DNA of 64,000 nucleotides. It comes from an uncultured Lachnospiraceae bacterium (GTDB lineage Bacteria > Bacillota > Clostridia > Lachnospirales > Lachnospiraceae). How positions within the stretch are numbered: the stretch's first letter is position 1; every line of letters starts with the position of its first letter. The position numbers were made by a program, and so were the translations under genes. The notes under the pieces are model-generated. The model did not search any database. It was given only the letters and a program-made list of their open reading frames with translations, and was not told where the DNA came from. Of the stretch, positions 48,002 through 58,857 are shown piece by piece. The stretch covers positions 13,844-77,843 of the forward strand of contig ONNQ01000008.1 of the NCBI GenBank assembly GCA_900319245.1, read 5' to 3'.

Positions 48002-50530
48002 TTAAAGCCATTCATCCCAAAATCTGGAAACTTTATCCCCAATTCCCAAACTGTCAGTCAAACGGCCCCCTCTCCATTCTGCCGGAAACAGCCTCTGATA
48101 GGAGCCCGTACGAAACCGGTCGTCCATCAGCACCACCACGCCGACGTCCTCCCCGGTCCGGATCACACGCCCCGCTGCCTGCAGGACTTTGTTCATGCCG
48201 GGAAAACGGTAGGCATAATCAAATCCATTCTCGCCGTCCTTGTCAAAATACTGCTTGAGGATCTCTCTCTCCGCGCAGACCTGCGGGAATCCCGTCCCCA
48301 CGACCAGCGCGCCGATCAGGCGGTCCTCCTTGAGGTCGATCCCCTCGCTGAAAATGCCGCCCAGCACGCAGAAACCGATGAGGCTCCTGTCGTCCGCCGC
48401 CTCTTCAAAGCGCGCAAGAAACGCCTGCCGCTCCTCTTCCGTCATCATCGGACTTTGCACCGCGAACGCCGTCTCCCCGTCCTCCGGATACATTTCTCCA
48501 TATCGCTCCAGGACCTTGTCCAGGAACATGTAGGAGGGGAAGAAGACCATGTAGTTGCCGTGCCTCTGTGACACCGTGCTATGTATACACGCCGCAATCC
48601 TCTCGTACTGCTCCGTCCCCCGCATGCGGTAGCGGCTGGTCACGTCGCCCGCGATAAAAAGCCCCAGCTTTTCGGGCTCGAAGGAGGATCTTGCGTACAC
48701 CTCATAGTCCTCTTCGGTACCGCCCAGCAGCCGCTTATAATAGCGAATGGGCAGCAGCGTCGCCGAAAAAAGCACGCTGGCCTCCCCCTGCCGCAGGCAC
48801 TCCGCCAGTTTACCAGAAGGATCCACGCAGAACAACCGGATTGTGAAATCTTCCCTGCCGCTCTTGTCTATATAGATCTGGTAGCCGCCGTCCATTTCCT
48901 CGTAGATCATCAGAAAATGGGACAGGTTGAAAAAGGCCGTCAGAAAGTTTTCCTGGACCTGCGCCGCCGCGTCCCGGTCCGCCGTATCAATGCCCTTTCT
49001 CTGGTCGCCCAGGATGGTCTGCATCTCCTCGAGGACCTTGTAGGCCGTGTCCGCGGCCGCCTCGATCTCCTCCGCGAGAAGGACCCTTTCGCGCCCGCCC
49101 ATGACTTCCAGAAACTGCGTTCCGATGGGCGGTGTGCTCTCCCCCTCGAAGGCCTCTTTATAGGGTTTGAAGGCTGTGAGGAGCCGGCCAAGCTTCTTCC
49201 ACAGTTCCGGATAGATTTCCCGGATGGCGCTTCTAAAAATCCGCACCTCTTCCCTGGACAGGGACGCGCTGTACATATCCCGCCCTCTGTCCACCAGGTT
49301 GTGGGCCTCGTCCACCAGGAACAAATATCGGTCCTTGCCCTTCCCCTCGGCAAAAAACCGCCGCAGCTTCACGTGGGGATCGAACAGATAATTATAATCG
49401 CCGATCATGGCGTCCGCAAATAGAGAGACGTCCAGCCCCAGCTCGAAGGGGCACACCTGATACCGCTCTCCATAGTCCTTTAGGACCTCCCGGCTCACAT
49501 TCTCCTCATGGGTCAAAAGATCGAACAAGGCGTCGTTCACCCTGTCATAATGTCCCTTCGCCCTCGGACACGCCTCCGGCGTGCAGCGCCTGGGCTCTCC
49601 TTTTGGTACAATACAGATCTTGTCTTTGGCGGTCAGCTGCACGCTTTTAAGCCGCAGCCCCTGCTCCCTGAGAATCGAGAAGGTCTCTGTCGCGACCTGG
49701 CCCGTCACTGTTTTGGCCGTGAAATAAAAGAGCCGGTCCGCCTTGCCCTCTCCCATGGCCTTGAGAGACGGAAAGATGGCGGAAATGGTTTTGCCGGTGC
49801 CCGTCGGTGCCTCCAGAAAGAGCTTTTTGCCATGACAGATCGTGTGATAGACGTGGACGGCCAGATCCCTCTGACCGGGCCTGTAGTGAAAGGGAAATTC
49901 CAGTTCACGGAGAGAGGCGTCGCGCACTCTCCGCCAGCGGATCTGCAGCCCCGCCCAGCGGGCGTACTCCTTCATGAGGGCGTCGAACCAGGCGCTGATC
50001 TCCTCCGCCGTGTATTCTTTCGTAAATCTGCGGATCTGCCCGGTCGCCAGGCTGCAATAGGTCATGCGGACCCGCACGACGTCCAGATTGTTCTGCACCG
50101 AGTATACATATGCATAACACTTGGCCTGCGCCAGATGCACCGGCGTAGGCTCCGTAATCCCCGAAATCTTTCTATATGTTGTCTTGATCTCATCAATGGT
50201 CCAGGCGTCGCCAAAAATCGGTCTCTCCGGATCGCACCCGTAAAAGATGCCGTCCGCTCTTCCCTCCAGAAGAACGGCGGCCTGCTCCGCCGCGCCTTCT
50301 TCCGCCGCATCTTCACTGCCGGATTCACCGGGAAGGAGGATGGGATAATAGATCGCCAGCGGCACTTCCGCCGTATAGTCAGGCCCCGCTTCCCGCTGGA
50401 GCTTTCTGTGCATCCTCGCGCCTTCCAGCATGGCCTCCTCCGAGACGCCCATGGCGCGCTCATCCAGATCACCCGACCGAAGGACAAATTCGACCAGATC
50501 CCGGACCGAGAGTTTAATTTCTTCACCCAT
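48002..50530 (-). CDS. DinG/XPD-family Fe-S helicase with N-terminal PD-(D/E)XK nuclease domain
   Basis: LEGRADG, IDEIKT, HLAQAKCY; EAPTGTGKT, Cys cluster, VDEAHNL, FSEGID, QAAGRVIR. Confidence 0.9.
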   Translation of the reverse strand: MGEEIKLSVRDLVEFVLRSGDLDERAMGVSEEAMLEGARMHRKLQREAGPDYTAEVPLAIYYPILLPGESGSEDAAEEGAAEQAAVLLEGRADGIFYGCDPERPIFGDAWTIDEIKTTYRKISGITEPTPVHLAQAKCYAYVYSVQNNLDVVRVRMTYCSLATGQIRRFTKEYTAEEISAWFDALMKEYARWAGLQIRWRRVRDASLRELEFPFHYRPGQRDLAVHVYHTICHGKKLFLEAPTGTGKTISAIFPSLKAMGEGKADRLFYFTAKTVTGQVATETFSILREQGLRLKSVQLTAKDKICIVPKGEPRRCTPEACPRAKGHYDRVNDALFDLLTHEENVSREVLKDYGERYQVCPFELGLDVSLFADAMIGDYNYLFDPHVKLRRFFAEGKGKDRYLFLVDEAHNLVDRGRDMYSASLSREEVRIFRSAIREIYPELWKKLGRLLTAFKPYKEAFEGESTPPIGTQFLEVMGGRERVLLAEEIEAAADTAYKVLEEMQTILGDQRKGIDTADRDAAAQVQENFLTAFFNLSHFLMIYEEMDGGYQIYIDKSGREDFTIRLFCVDPSGKLAECLRQGEASVLFSATLLPIRYYKRLLGGTEEDYEVYARSSFEPEKLGLFIAGDVTSRYRMRGTEQYERIAACIHSTVSQRHGNYMVFFPSYMFLDKVLERYGEMYPEDGETAFAVQSPMMTEEERQAFLARFEEAADDRSLIGFCVLGGIFSEGIDLKEDRLIGALVVGTGFPQVCAEREILKQYFDKDGENGFDYAYRFPGMNKVLQAAGRVIRTGEDVGVVVLMDDRFRTGSYQRLFPAEWRGGRLTDSLGIGDKVSRFWDEWL

Positions 50531-50719
50531 ACTTAGCAGTATAGCAGACCTTTGGCAAAACCGTTGTTGCATTTTTCTTCGTTTTGCGATTAAATAATGA
50601 ATAATTTTGAAGCGCTGCGGTGCATGCACCTGCCGCGGAGCGGATTGGGTTATCCGCTGTATCCTACTAAGTATGAAATGCCGGACACGATGGATTCTGT
50701 GTCCGACGGAAAGGCCGCC

Positions 50720-51727
50720 ATGGAAAGATTGATCATCCCCGAGCACTATGAATCTGCTCTGGATCTGCACGAGACCCAGATCGCCATTAAGACCGTGAAA
50801 GATTTCTTCCAGAATCTTCTGGCTGAGCGCCTGAACCTGCGCCGCGTATCCGCGCCGCTCTTTCTCCGCCCCGAGTCCGGTCTCAATGACAATTTAAATG
50901 GTGTGGAGCGCCCTGTATCTTTTGACATCAAGGAATCGGGTGAAATGGCGGAGGTCATCCATTCCCTCGCCAAATGGAAGCGCTATGCGCTCGGCAAATA
51001 CGGCTTCAGCGTCGGCGAAGGCCTGTATACGGATATGGTCGCCATTCGCCGTGACGAAGATACCGACAATATTCACTCCATCTATGTCGACCAGTGGGAC
51101 TGGGAGAAGATCATCACCAAAGAGGACCGCACGATGGAAACCCTCCGCACAGTTGTGCAGAACGTCTACCGTGTTCTGAGAAAAACCGAGAAGTACATGG
51201 CGATCCGCTATGACTACATCGAGGAAATCCTGCCCCACGATATCTTCTTTATCACAACCTCCGAGCTGGAGGCCATGTATCCCGACAAGACGCCCAAGGA
51301 GCGCGAGTATCTGATCTGCCGCGAGAAAGGCGCTGTCTGCCTGATGCAGATCGGCGACAAGCTCGCTTCCGGCGAGCCCCACGACGGCCGCGCGCCCGAC
51401 TACGACGACTGGGCGCTCAATGCGGACATTCTGGTCTACTATCCTGTCCTCGACATCGCGCTGGAGCTCTCCTCCATGGGCATCCGTGTCGACGCACAGG
51501 CGCTCCGCGAACAGCTTGTCAAGGCGGGCTGCCCCGAGAGAGCGGACCTCCCCTTCCAGAAGGCCGTGCTGAACGAGACGCTCCCCTTCACGATCGGCGG
51601 CGGTATCGGTCAGTCCCGTATCTGCATGTTCTTCCTCAGAAAGGCCCATATCGGAGAAGTGCACAGCTCCATTTGGCCCGAAGACGTCATCGCAGCCTGT
51701 GAAGAGGCCCACATCGCGCTTCTGTAA
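50720..51727 (+). CDS. asnA: Aspartate-ammonia ligase
   Basis: GLNDNLNGVERPV, HSLAKWKR, VDQWDWE, RAPDYDDW, TIGGGIGQSR. Confidence 0.97.
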   Translation: MERLIIPEHYESALDLHETQIAIKTVKDFFQNLLAERLNLRRVSAPLFLRPESGLNDNLNGVERPVSFDIKESGEMAEVIHSLAKWKRYALGKYGFSVGEGLYTDMVAIRRDEDTDNIHSIYVDQWDWEKIITKEDRTMETLRTVVQNVYRVLRKTEKYMAIRYDYIEEILPHDIFFITTSELEAMYPDKTPKEREYLICREKGAVCLMQIGDKLASGEPHDGRAPDYDDWALNADILVYYPVLDIALELSSMGIRVDAQALREQLVKAGCPERADLPFQKAVLNETLPFTIGGGIGQSRICMFFLRKAHIGEVHSSIWPEDVIAACEEAHIALL

Positions 51728-51756
51728 TGCGCGGCAATCGCATATCGTACAAACAT

Positions 51757-51793
51757 CCCCCTGGGATCCGATGCGGTCCCAGGGGGTATTTTT
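51757..51793 (+). terminator. Intrinsic terminator of asnA
   Basis: CCCCCTGGGA.C...G.TCCCAGGGGG followed by TATTTTT. Confidence 0.7.
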
Positions 51794-51917
51794 GTCAAAA
51801 AACAGATTGTATGCATGTATACATTAATTATTGTAAAATATACACAAATTATAGGTCTCTAGTTCTCCGTGGTTTTATATTTTGCCATATTGCATAACAG
51901 AATTAGGCGTTTTATAA

Positions 51918-53414
<1,497 letters not shown>

Positions 53415-53430
53415 TGGAGATTCCTTTTCA

Positions 53431-53672
53431 GGGAGGATCTACCCTGTCATCCACTCCGGTTTCAAGGACGGAATATAGATTTATTGATGATAAAGAGATG
53501 GCACGACATGTGCCATCTCTTTTTGTTATGGAGGTAGCGCACCGTCCGTGAAAAGTCGTTCCTGACAGGGTAGATCCTCCCTCGTAAAGGTTGTCCAAGC
53601 CGGGAAGGGCGCAAGGGCGGAAGGTTATGCACCAGCCGTGAAAAGTCGTTCCTGACAGGGTAGATCCTCCTT
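53431..53672. repeat. Intergenic repeat: two exact 35-bp direct copies (period 90) plus an inverted partial copy flanking the gdhA terminator
   Basis: CCGTGAAAAGTCGTTCCTGACAGGGTAGATCCTCC at 53546 and 53636; GGGAGGATCTACCCTGTCA at 53431. Confidence 0.85.
53492..53524 (+). terminator. Intrinsic terminator of gdhA
   Basis: AAAGAGATGGCAC-gacat-GTGCCATCTCTTT-TT. Confidence 0.85.
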
Positions 53673-53741
53673 GCGCAAACTCTAGAACCCAGTTATGATG
53701 AGTACTGACAAAAAAGAAGCAACACATAATGGAGAATGCAG

Positions 53742-54899
53742 ATGTCCCAATACGAACTGATCGTCCCCTGCCACTTCGGCATGGAGAGCGTTCTTAAAAA
53801 CGAGATTTATGACATCGGTTACGAAATCACCGAAGTCACGGACGGCCGCGTGACCTTCCTCGGCGATGAGGAGGCGATCGCGCGCGCCAATATCTGCCTG
53901 CGCACAGGCGAACGTGTCCTTCTGAAAGTGGGTTCCTTCCACGCGGAGACTTTCGAGGAGCTCTTCCAGGGCACGCTTTCCCTCCCCTGGGAGGACTTTC
54001 TCCCCTCTGACGCGCGCTTCTGGGTCACCAAGGCGGCCAGCGTCAAGAGTAAACTCTTCTCCCCCTCCGACATTCAGTCCATCATGAAGAAGGCCATGGT
54101 CGAGAGGATGAAGAAGGTGTACAAGATGGATCGCTTTCCGGAGACAGGCGACTCCTACCCGGTCCGCGTCTTTTTGATGAAGGATGAAGTCACGGCCGCC
54201 CTGGATACGACCGGCGAGTCCCTGCACAAGCGAGGCTACCGCAAATATAAGGTCACAGCGCCGATCGCCGAGAACCTGGCGGCGGGTCTTCTCGCGCTCA
54301 CGCCCTGGAAGCCCGGCAGGATCCTTGTCGATCCCTTCTGCGGAAGCGGCACCTTCCCGATCGAAGCCGCTATGATCGCGGCCAATATCGCCCCCGGCGT
54401 AAACCGCACGTTTACAGCGGAGACCTGGAAGCATCTGGTCTCCCCTTCCATCTGGAAAGACAGCCGGGATGAGGCGCTGGATCTGGAGACTCCTAATATC
54501 GAGACGGATCTGCAGGGATACGACATCGATCCCGACGCCATCGCCGCCGCAAGGGCGAATGCGAAGCTGGCCGGCGTGGATCACCTGATCCATTTCCAGA
54601 CAAGACCGGTCGCCAAGCTCTCCCACCCCCGTAAATACGGCTTTATCGTGACCAATCCGCCCTACGGCGAGCGTCTGACGGGCGCCGAGGAGGATTCAAT
54701 CAGAAAGCTCTACAAAGAACTCGGCGACGCCTACAAGAGACTGGACACCTGGTCCATGTACCTGATCACATCCTTTAACGGCTGTGAAGAGGCGCTGGGC
54801 GTCAAGGCTGCCAAAAACCGCAAGATTTATAACGGCATGCTCAAGACCTATTTCTATATGTTCCCGGGTCCCAAGCCGCCCAGAAAGTCTCCCAACTGA
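53742..54899 (+). CDS. THUMP-domain SAM-dependent RNA methyltransferase (RlmL/YpsC-like)
   Basis: SLHKRGYR, APIAENLAA, DPFCGSGT..IEAA, TNPPYGER. Confidence 0.92.
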   Translation: MSQYELIVPCHFGMESVLKNEIYDIGYEITEVTDGRVTFLGDEEAIARANICLRTGERVLLKVGSFHAETFEELFQGTLSLPWEDFLPSDARFWVTKAASVKSKLFSPSDIQSIMKKAMVERMKKVYKMDRFPETGDSYPVRVFLMKDEVTAALDTTGESLHKRGYRKYKVTAPIAENLAAGLLALTPWKPGRILVDPFCGSGTFPIEAAMIAANIAPGVNRTFTAETWKHLVSPSIWKDSRDEALDLETPNIETDLQGYDIDPDAIAAARANAKLAGVDHLIHFQTRPVAKLSHPRKYGFIVTNPPYGERLTGAEEDSIRKLYKELGDAYKRLDTWSMYLITSFNGCEEALGVKAAKNRKIYNGMLKTYFYMFPGPKPPRKSPN

Positions 54900-54941
54900 G
54901 CACCGGAGGCAGCCCGAAGAGACGCAAATTTGGAGGTAACT

Positions 54942-55637
54942 ATGAAACAGCTGATCATATTCGCAACGGGCAATAAAGGAAAGATCCGCGAGATCCGCGA
55001 CATCATCACCGACCCCAACACGGAGGTCCTCTCCATGCGGGAAGCAGGCGTTTCCGCCGATCCGGATGAAAACGGCACTTCTTTTGAAGAGAACGCGCTG
55101 ATCAAGGCACGCGCCGTCTATGACTTGATCCGTCAAAAGAAAGAAGCGGGCACGCTGTGTTTTGACACAACGGATACGCAGATCACGGTCATGTCCGACG
55201 ATTCCGGACTTGTGATCGACGCCCTCGGTGGAGAGCCCGGCATCTATTCCGCCCGCTATTTGGGCTATGACACAGATTACAATTACAAGATGGAGCAGAT
55301 CATGAAGCGCATGGAGAATGTGCCCGACAAGGAGCGCACGGCGCGTTTCGTGGCGGCTGTCGGCGCCATCTTCCCCGACGGTTCCGAGCATGTGGTCCTC
55401 GGCGCCATGGAAGGCGTGATCGCACGCGGCATTTACGGACAGAACGGATTCGGCTACGACCCCTTCTTCTACCTGCCTGAATACGGCAAGACCAGCGCAG
55501 AGATCACAGAGGAGGAGAAGAACGCGATCAGCCACCGTGGCAAAGCCCTGCGCGCAATGCTGGCCCAGTTCGAAGCCTGGCAGCGCTCTGGCGAAGCGGC
55601 ACAGAAAACAGCCGCCGCTTGCGGTGATTACAAATGA
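54942..55637 (+). CDS. rdgB: Non-canonical purine NTP pyrophosphatase (RdgB/HAM1)
   Basis: ATGNKGK, DDSGL, GIYSAR, GFGYDP, KNAISHRGKA. Confidence 0.93.
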   Translation: MKQLIIFATGNKGKIREIRDIITDPNTEVLSMREAGVSADPDENGTSFEENALIKARAVYDLIRQKKEAGTLCFDTTDTQITVMSDDSGLVIDALGGEPGIYSARYLGYDTDYNYKMEQIMKRMENVPDKERTARFVAAVGAIFPDGSEHVVLGAMEGVIARGIYGQNGFGYDPFFYLPEYGKTSAEITEEEKNAISHRGKALRAMLAQFEAWQRSGEAAQKTAAACGDYK

Positions 55638-56113
55638 AGGTTCTGATCATCAGCGATACACACGCGCAAGATGATATTTTTCTTACGCTGCTTGCCAAAG
55701 AGCGGGATTTTGACGTGCTCCTGCATGCCGGTGACTTCGAGGGGAGCGAGCTGGTCTACCAGGAGCTCGCCGGCGTCCCTTTTTATTATGTGGCAGGCAA
55801 TAACGACTTTTTCACCGATGCGCCGTACGAGCGGGTCATCGAACTATGCGGGCTCCGCCTCTTCATGACCCACGGCCACAGAAGGCATCTCTATAAGGGA
55901 TACGGGGAAGTCCGGCAGGAGGCTGTGCGCCAGCACGCGCAGATTGCGGTGTTCGGGCACTCTCACATGCCGGTCGCGGAAATGGATGGCGGGATCCTGC
56001 TCCTCAATCCGGGGAGCCTCTCCTGGCCCAGACAGGAGCCCCGCAAACCCAGCTATATCGTCCTGACGCTTACAGAAGGACAGATCCAGTCCTACGAGAT
56101 CCGCTATCTGTAA
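55634..56113 (+). CDS. YfcE/YsnB-family metallophosphoesterase
   Basis: SDTH, HAGD, GNND, THGH, FGHSH, LNPGS. Confidence 0.9.
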   Translation: MKVLIISDTHAQDDIFLTLLAKERDFDVLLHAGDFEGSELVYQELAGVPFYYVAGNNDFFTDAPYERVIELCGLRLFMTHGHRRHLYKGYGEVRQEAVRQHAQIAVFGHSHMPVAEMDGGILLLNPGSLSWPRQEPRKPSYIVLTLTEGQIQSYEIRYL

Positions 56114-56166
56114 AGTGGGGGGCCAAAACAGCGAAAAAAAAGACGCAAAAAAATCCAGAAACAGTG

Positions 56167-56195
56167 TTGACATTATCCCCCGTTCAACTTATAAT
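56167..56195 (+). promoter_or_regulatory. Consensus sigma-A promoter of the tRNA operon
   Basis: TTGACA-17-TATAAT. Confidence 0.88.
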
Positions 56196-56220
56196 AACTC
56201 TTGCATTTGAGATTGGTCTC

Positions 56221-56295
56221 CGGGGTGTAGCTCAGCTTGGCTAGAGCGCCTGGTTTGGGACCAGGAGGCCGCAGGTTCGAATCCTGTCACCCCGA
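56221..56295 (+). tRNA. tRNA-Pro(TGG)
   Basis: CCTGG-TTTGGGA-CCAGG anticodon arm. Confidence 0.96.
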
Positions 56296-56329
56296 TTCAA
56301 ATGTCAAATTTAAAATCCTTCATTCATTT

Positions 56330-56400
56330 GCGGGTGTAGTTCAGTGGTAGAACACTAGCCTTCCAAGCTAGATATGTGGGTTCGATTCCCATCACCCGCT
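56330..56400 (+). tRNA. tRNA-Gly(TCC)
   Basis: CTAGC-CTTCCAA-GCTAG. Confidence 0.96.
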
Positions 56401-56456
56401 TTAACAATTGCCATTTTTAGACAGTTGTGAACGGCATGATCATCTGCCGGAGTTAT

Positions 56457-56530
56457 GTGTCCGTAGCTCAGCTGGATAGAGCACCGGCCTTCTAAGCCGG
56501 GTGTCGGGGGTTCGAGTCCCTTCGGGCATA
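56457..56530 (+). tRNA. tRNA-Arg(TCT)
   Basis: CCGGC-CTTCTAA-GCCGG. Confidence 0.95.
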
Positions 56531-56561
56531 TTTCCGATTTCGGTCGGTTTATATTTTGCAT

Positions 56562-56636
56562 GGTGGGTATGGCGTAGTTGGCTAACGCGCCAGATTGTGG
56601 TTCTGGAGACCGTGGGTTCGAGTCCCATTACCCACC
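56562..56636 (+). tRNA. tRNA-His(GTG)
   Basis: G-1 and C73; CCAGA-TTGTGGT-TCTGG. Confidence 0.95.
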
Positions 56637-56658
56637 TTTTTTTAATGCTTTTTTCCAT

Positions 56659-56730
56659 TGGGCTATCGCCAAGTGGTAAGGCACAGCACTTTGACTGCTG
56701 CATTCGTTGGTTCGAATCCGACTAGCCCAG
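56659..56730 (+). tRNA. tRNA-Gln(TTG)
   Basis: CAGCA-CTTTGAC-TGCTG. Confidence 0.96.
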
Positions 56731-56734
56731 CTCC

Positions 56735-56807
56735 GGGACATTAGCTCAGTTGGTAGAGCACTTGACTTTTAATCAAGTTGTCGGGGGTTCAAATCCCCCA
56801 TGTCTCA
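56735..56807 (+). tRNA. tRNA-Lys(TTT)
   Basis: CTTGA-CTTTTAA-TCAAG. Confidence 0.96.
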
Positions 56808-56913
56808 TTTGTCACTGTTCAGCCGCTGATTCGATGCTCGGCTGTTTTTTATTATCCAGATTTATAAAGCCCTGATGCGACAGGGCCTACAACCAACTAC
56901 ACATTGACAATAT

Positions 56914-56995
56914 GCGGATATGGCGGAATTGGCAGACGCGCCAGATTTAGGTTCTGGTGGGACACCCCGTGCAGGTTCAAGTCCTGTTATCCGCA
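56914..56995 (+). tRNA. tRNA-Leu(TAG)
   Basis: CCAGA-TTTAGGT-TCTGG with long variable arm. Confidence 0.95.
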
Positions 56996-57002
56996 CGATC
57001 AT

Positions 57003-57036
57003 GAAGAATCCCGAGATGATCGGGATTCTTCTTTTC
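57003..57036. terminator. Terminator between the tRNA operon and the LacI gene
   Basis: GAAGAATCCCGA-gatga-TCGGGATTCTTC-TTTT. Confidence 0.8.
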
Positions 57037-57122
57037 ATTATTTCGTTTTATTCCTCCACCGCACCTCTCTTCCTTCCCCTTTGCGCAGTGCATTATCCAC
57101 CGCATTAAGTTGATTTTCGTAT

Positions 57123-58226
57123 TTACTTAAATTTTTCGAGTGGATTTCGCACTATGGCGTTCACCGTTTCGCCGGCGCACAGCTCTCCAAGCACATGAAC
57201 CCGCTCCCCACTGTCCCTTTCCGGATGCTCTGTGATCTCAATCAGCCTGCGGATGGCTTCGCGGCCAATCTCACGCGGGTTTGTCTGCACGCACGTAATC
57301 CTTACAGCCATACCGTTCCCGGTCTTGTCATTTTCGCCGTCCCCGGTCTTGTCATTTTCGCCGTTCCCGGTCTTGTCATTTTCGTCGTTCCCGGTCTTGT
57401 CATTTTCGCCGCCCCAGGGTCCTTCCAATGCAGCTGCCGAGACATCTCCCGGCACGTCCCATCCGGCTTCTTTCCATCTTTGTACGGCAAGCTCCGCTTC
57501 CCTATACGTCCCAAACACCACGCACGAGGCCTTCAGGGCCTCCAGCTGCCCAGACGCCTCAATGGATGCAAGACTGCCCGTTTCGACCTCTCTGACGCTC
57601 ATAGCGAGGTTTTCAGCTTCCGCGCGAAGGATTGCCGCCATTCTTTTCGATTCGTGCCCCAGACCGGTGATCATGGCTATTTGGCGGTGCCCCATACTCT
57701 TCAAATAGGTCAACAGCATATGAATGTTCTGACGACGCCCGCTTCCAACCGCGATATGTCCTGCCGGCCCGTGCTCGATGCTCACGACTGGAAAGTTGGT
57801 TTCCAGGATCTGCGCAAATCTTCCCCGGAAGAAATCCTCCTCCCGTGCCACAATGCAGAGTCCGTCGACCCTCCTGGCGATGCTCCGCACGCCCCAGCTC
57901 ATACCGTTCGAGGCGCTCTCCGCCCCCATGATCACAAGATCCCTCTTCTCTTTGGCCGCTTCCTGCGTCATACCAAGCAGCATGCCCCTGTAGTAGCCGG
58001 ATTCGAGCATCTGGCCCAATTCCGGCACCACAAGCCCCACGGCGCCGGATACATGCGCGGCGCCATTTACTCCGCCTCTCTTTTGAAAGCGATATTCCAG
58101 GTCCTCCGCCGTCTTTAATACCTTCTGTCTCGTCTCTTCGCTGATATCGGGATAACCTTTGAGCGCTTTGCTCACTGTAGAAATGGATATTCCAAGAATC
58201 GCAGAAATGTCTTTTTGATATGCCAT
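57123..58226 (-). CDS. LacI family transcriptional regulator
   Basis: KDISAILGISISTVSKALKGYPDISEETRQKV HTH; GHRQIA. Confidence 0.88.
   Translation of the reverse strand: MAYQKDISAILGISISTVSKALKGYPDISEETRQKVLKTAEDLEYRFQKRGGVNGAAHVSGAVGLVVPELGQMLESGYYRGMLLGMTQEAAKEKRDLVIMGAESASNGMSWGVRSIARRVDGLCIVAREEDFFRGRFAQILETNFPVVSIEHGPAGHIAVGSGRRQNIHMLLTYLKSMGHRQIAMITGLGHESKRMAAILRAEAENLAMSVREVETGSLASIEASGQLEALKASCVVFGTYREAELAVQRWKEAGWDVPGDVSAAALEGPWGGENDKTGNDENDKTGNGENDKTGDGENDKTGNGMAVRITCVQTNPREIGREAIRRLIEITEHPERDSGERVHVLGELCAGETVNAIVRNPLEKFK
57313..57408. repeat. In-frame 24-bp tandem repeat x4 within the LacI gene
   Basis: CCGTTCCCGGTCTTGTCATTTTCG x4 with two single substitutions; encodes ENDKTG(N/D)(G/D). 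Confidence 0.95.
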
Positions 58227-58586
58227 GGCAAAACCTCCACGTTTTTTCCACGCTTATCATCGTATAGGCAGAGAACCGGTCAAAGCAAGTGCAGACGCGA
58301 AATGATTTTACAATTGAAGCACGCCTTAAAAACAGTTTCGCAATACCTTAAATATTTGGATATATTTTCGGATTTTTGCCGCAATAATCTCCATTTAGAC
58401 AGTAATTCATTTATCAAAGAACACAATTATAGGAATCCGCCTCCGAAACTTTCGTTTTATCCATTTGGCAGTTGAGTCATGTCTATTATTATGATCATTC
58501 TTTCTCCTCGTGCCGCCTGCCTTTCCAAAATTTTTCAAAATACTTGTTGACAAAACCCTGCCTATTTTATAAAATACTTGTGTTGT

Positions 58587-58660
58587 GTAAGTGTAGCTCA
58601 GCTGGATAGAGCGTCTGGCTACGGACCAGAAGGTCGCGAGTTCGAATCTTGTCACTTACA
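58587..58660 (+). tRNA. tRNA-Arg(ACG)
   Basis: TCTGG-CTACGGA-CCAGA; promoter TTGACA-17-TAAAAT at 58547-58575; terminator AAGCTTCGCAC/GTGCGAAGCTT follows. Confidence 0.95.
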
Positions 58661-58857
58661 TCTCTAAGCTTCGCACTTAGTGCGAAGCTTTTTTATTACC
58701 AATTTGAGCTGCAGACCGCAATGATTTCTGCCCACGCAAAAGGAGGCCTTCTGTTCACACAGAAGACCTCCTTAATTTATGGCTTATTATCTCTTGTGGA
58801 TCAGCCTCCTAAAAGGCTCACAATAGACTCCCCTAAAGCTTGCCGATCAACCGCAGA

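Noticed and set aside
48002-50530. Cas4-like nuclease plus DinG as type IV CRISPR or defence gene
   Set aside because: No cas genes or array; this fusion is a common Firmicute housekeeping architecture.
53546-53670. Mini CRISPR array
   Set aside because: Only two units, 55-bp partly repeated spacer, an inverted third copy and no cas genes; kept as a generic repeat.
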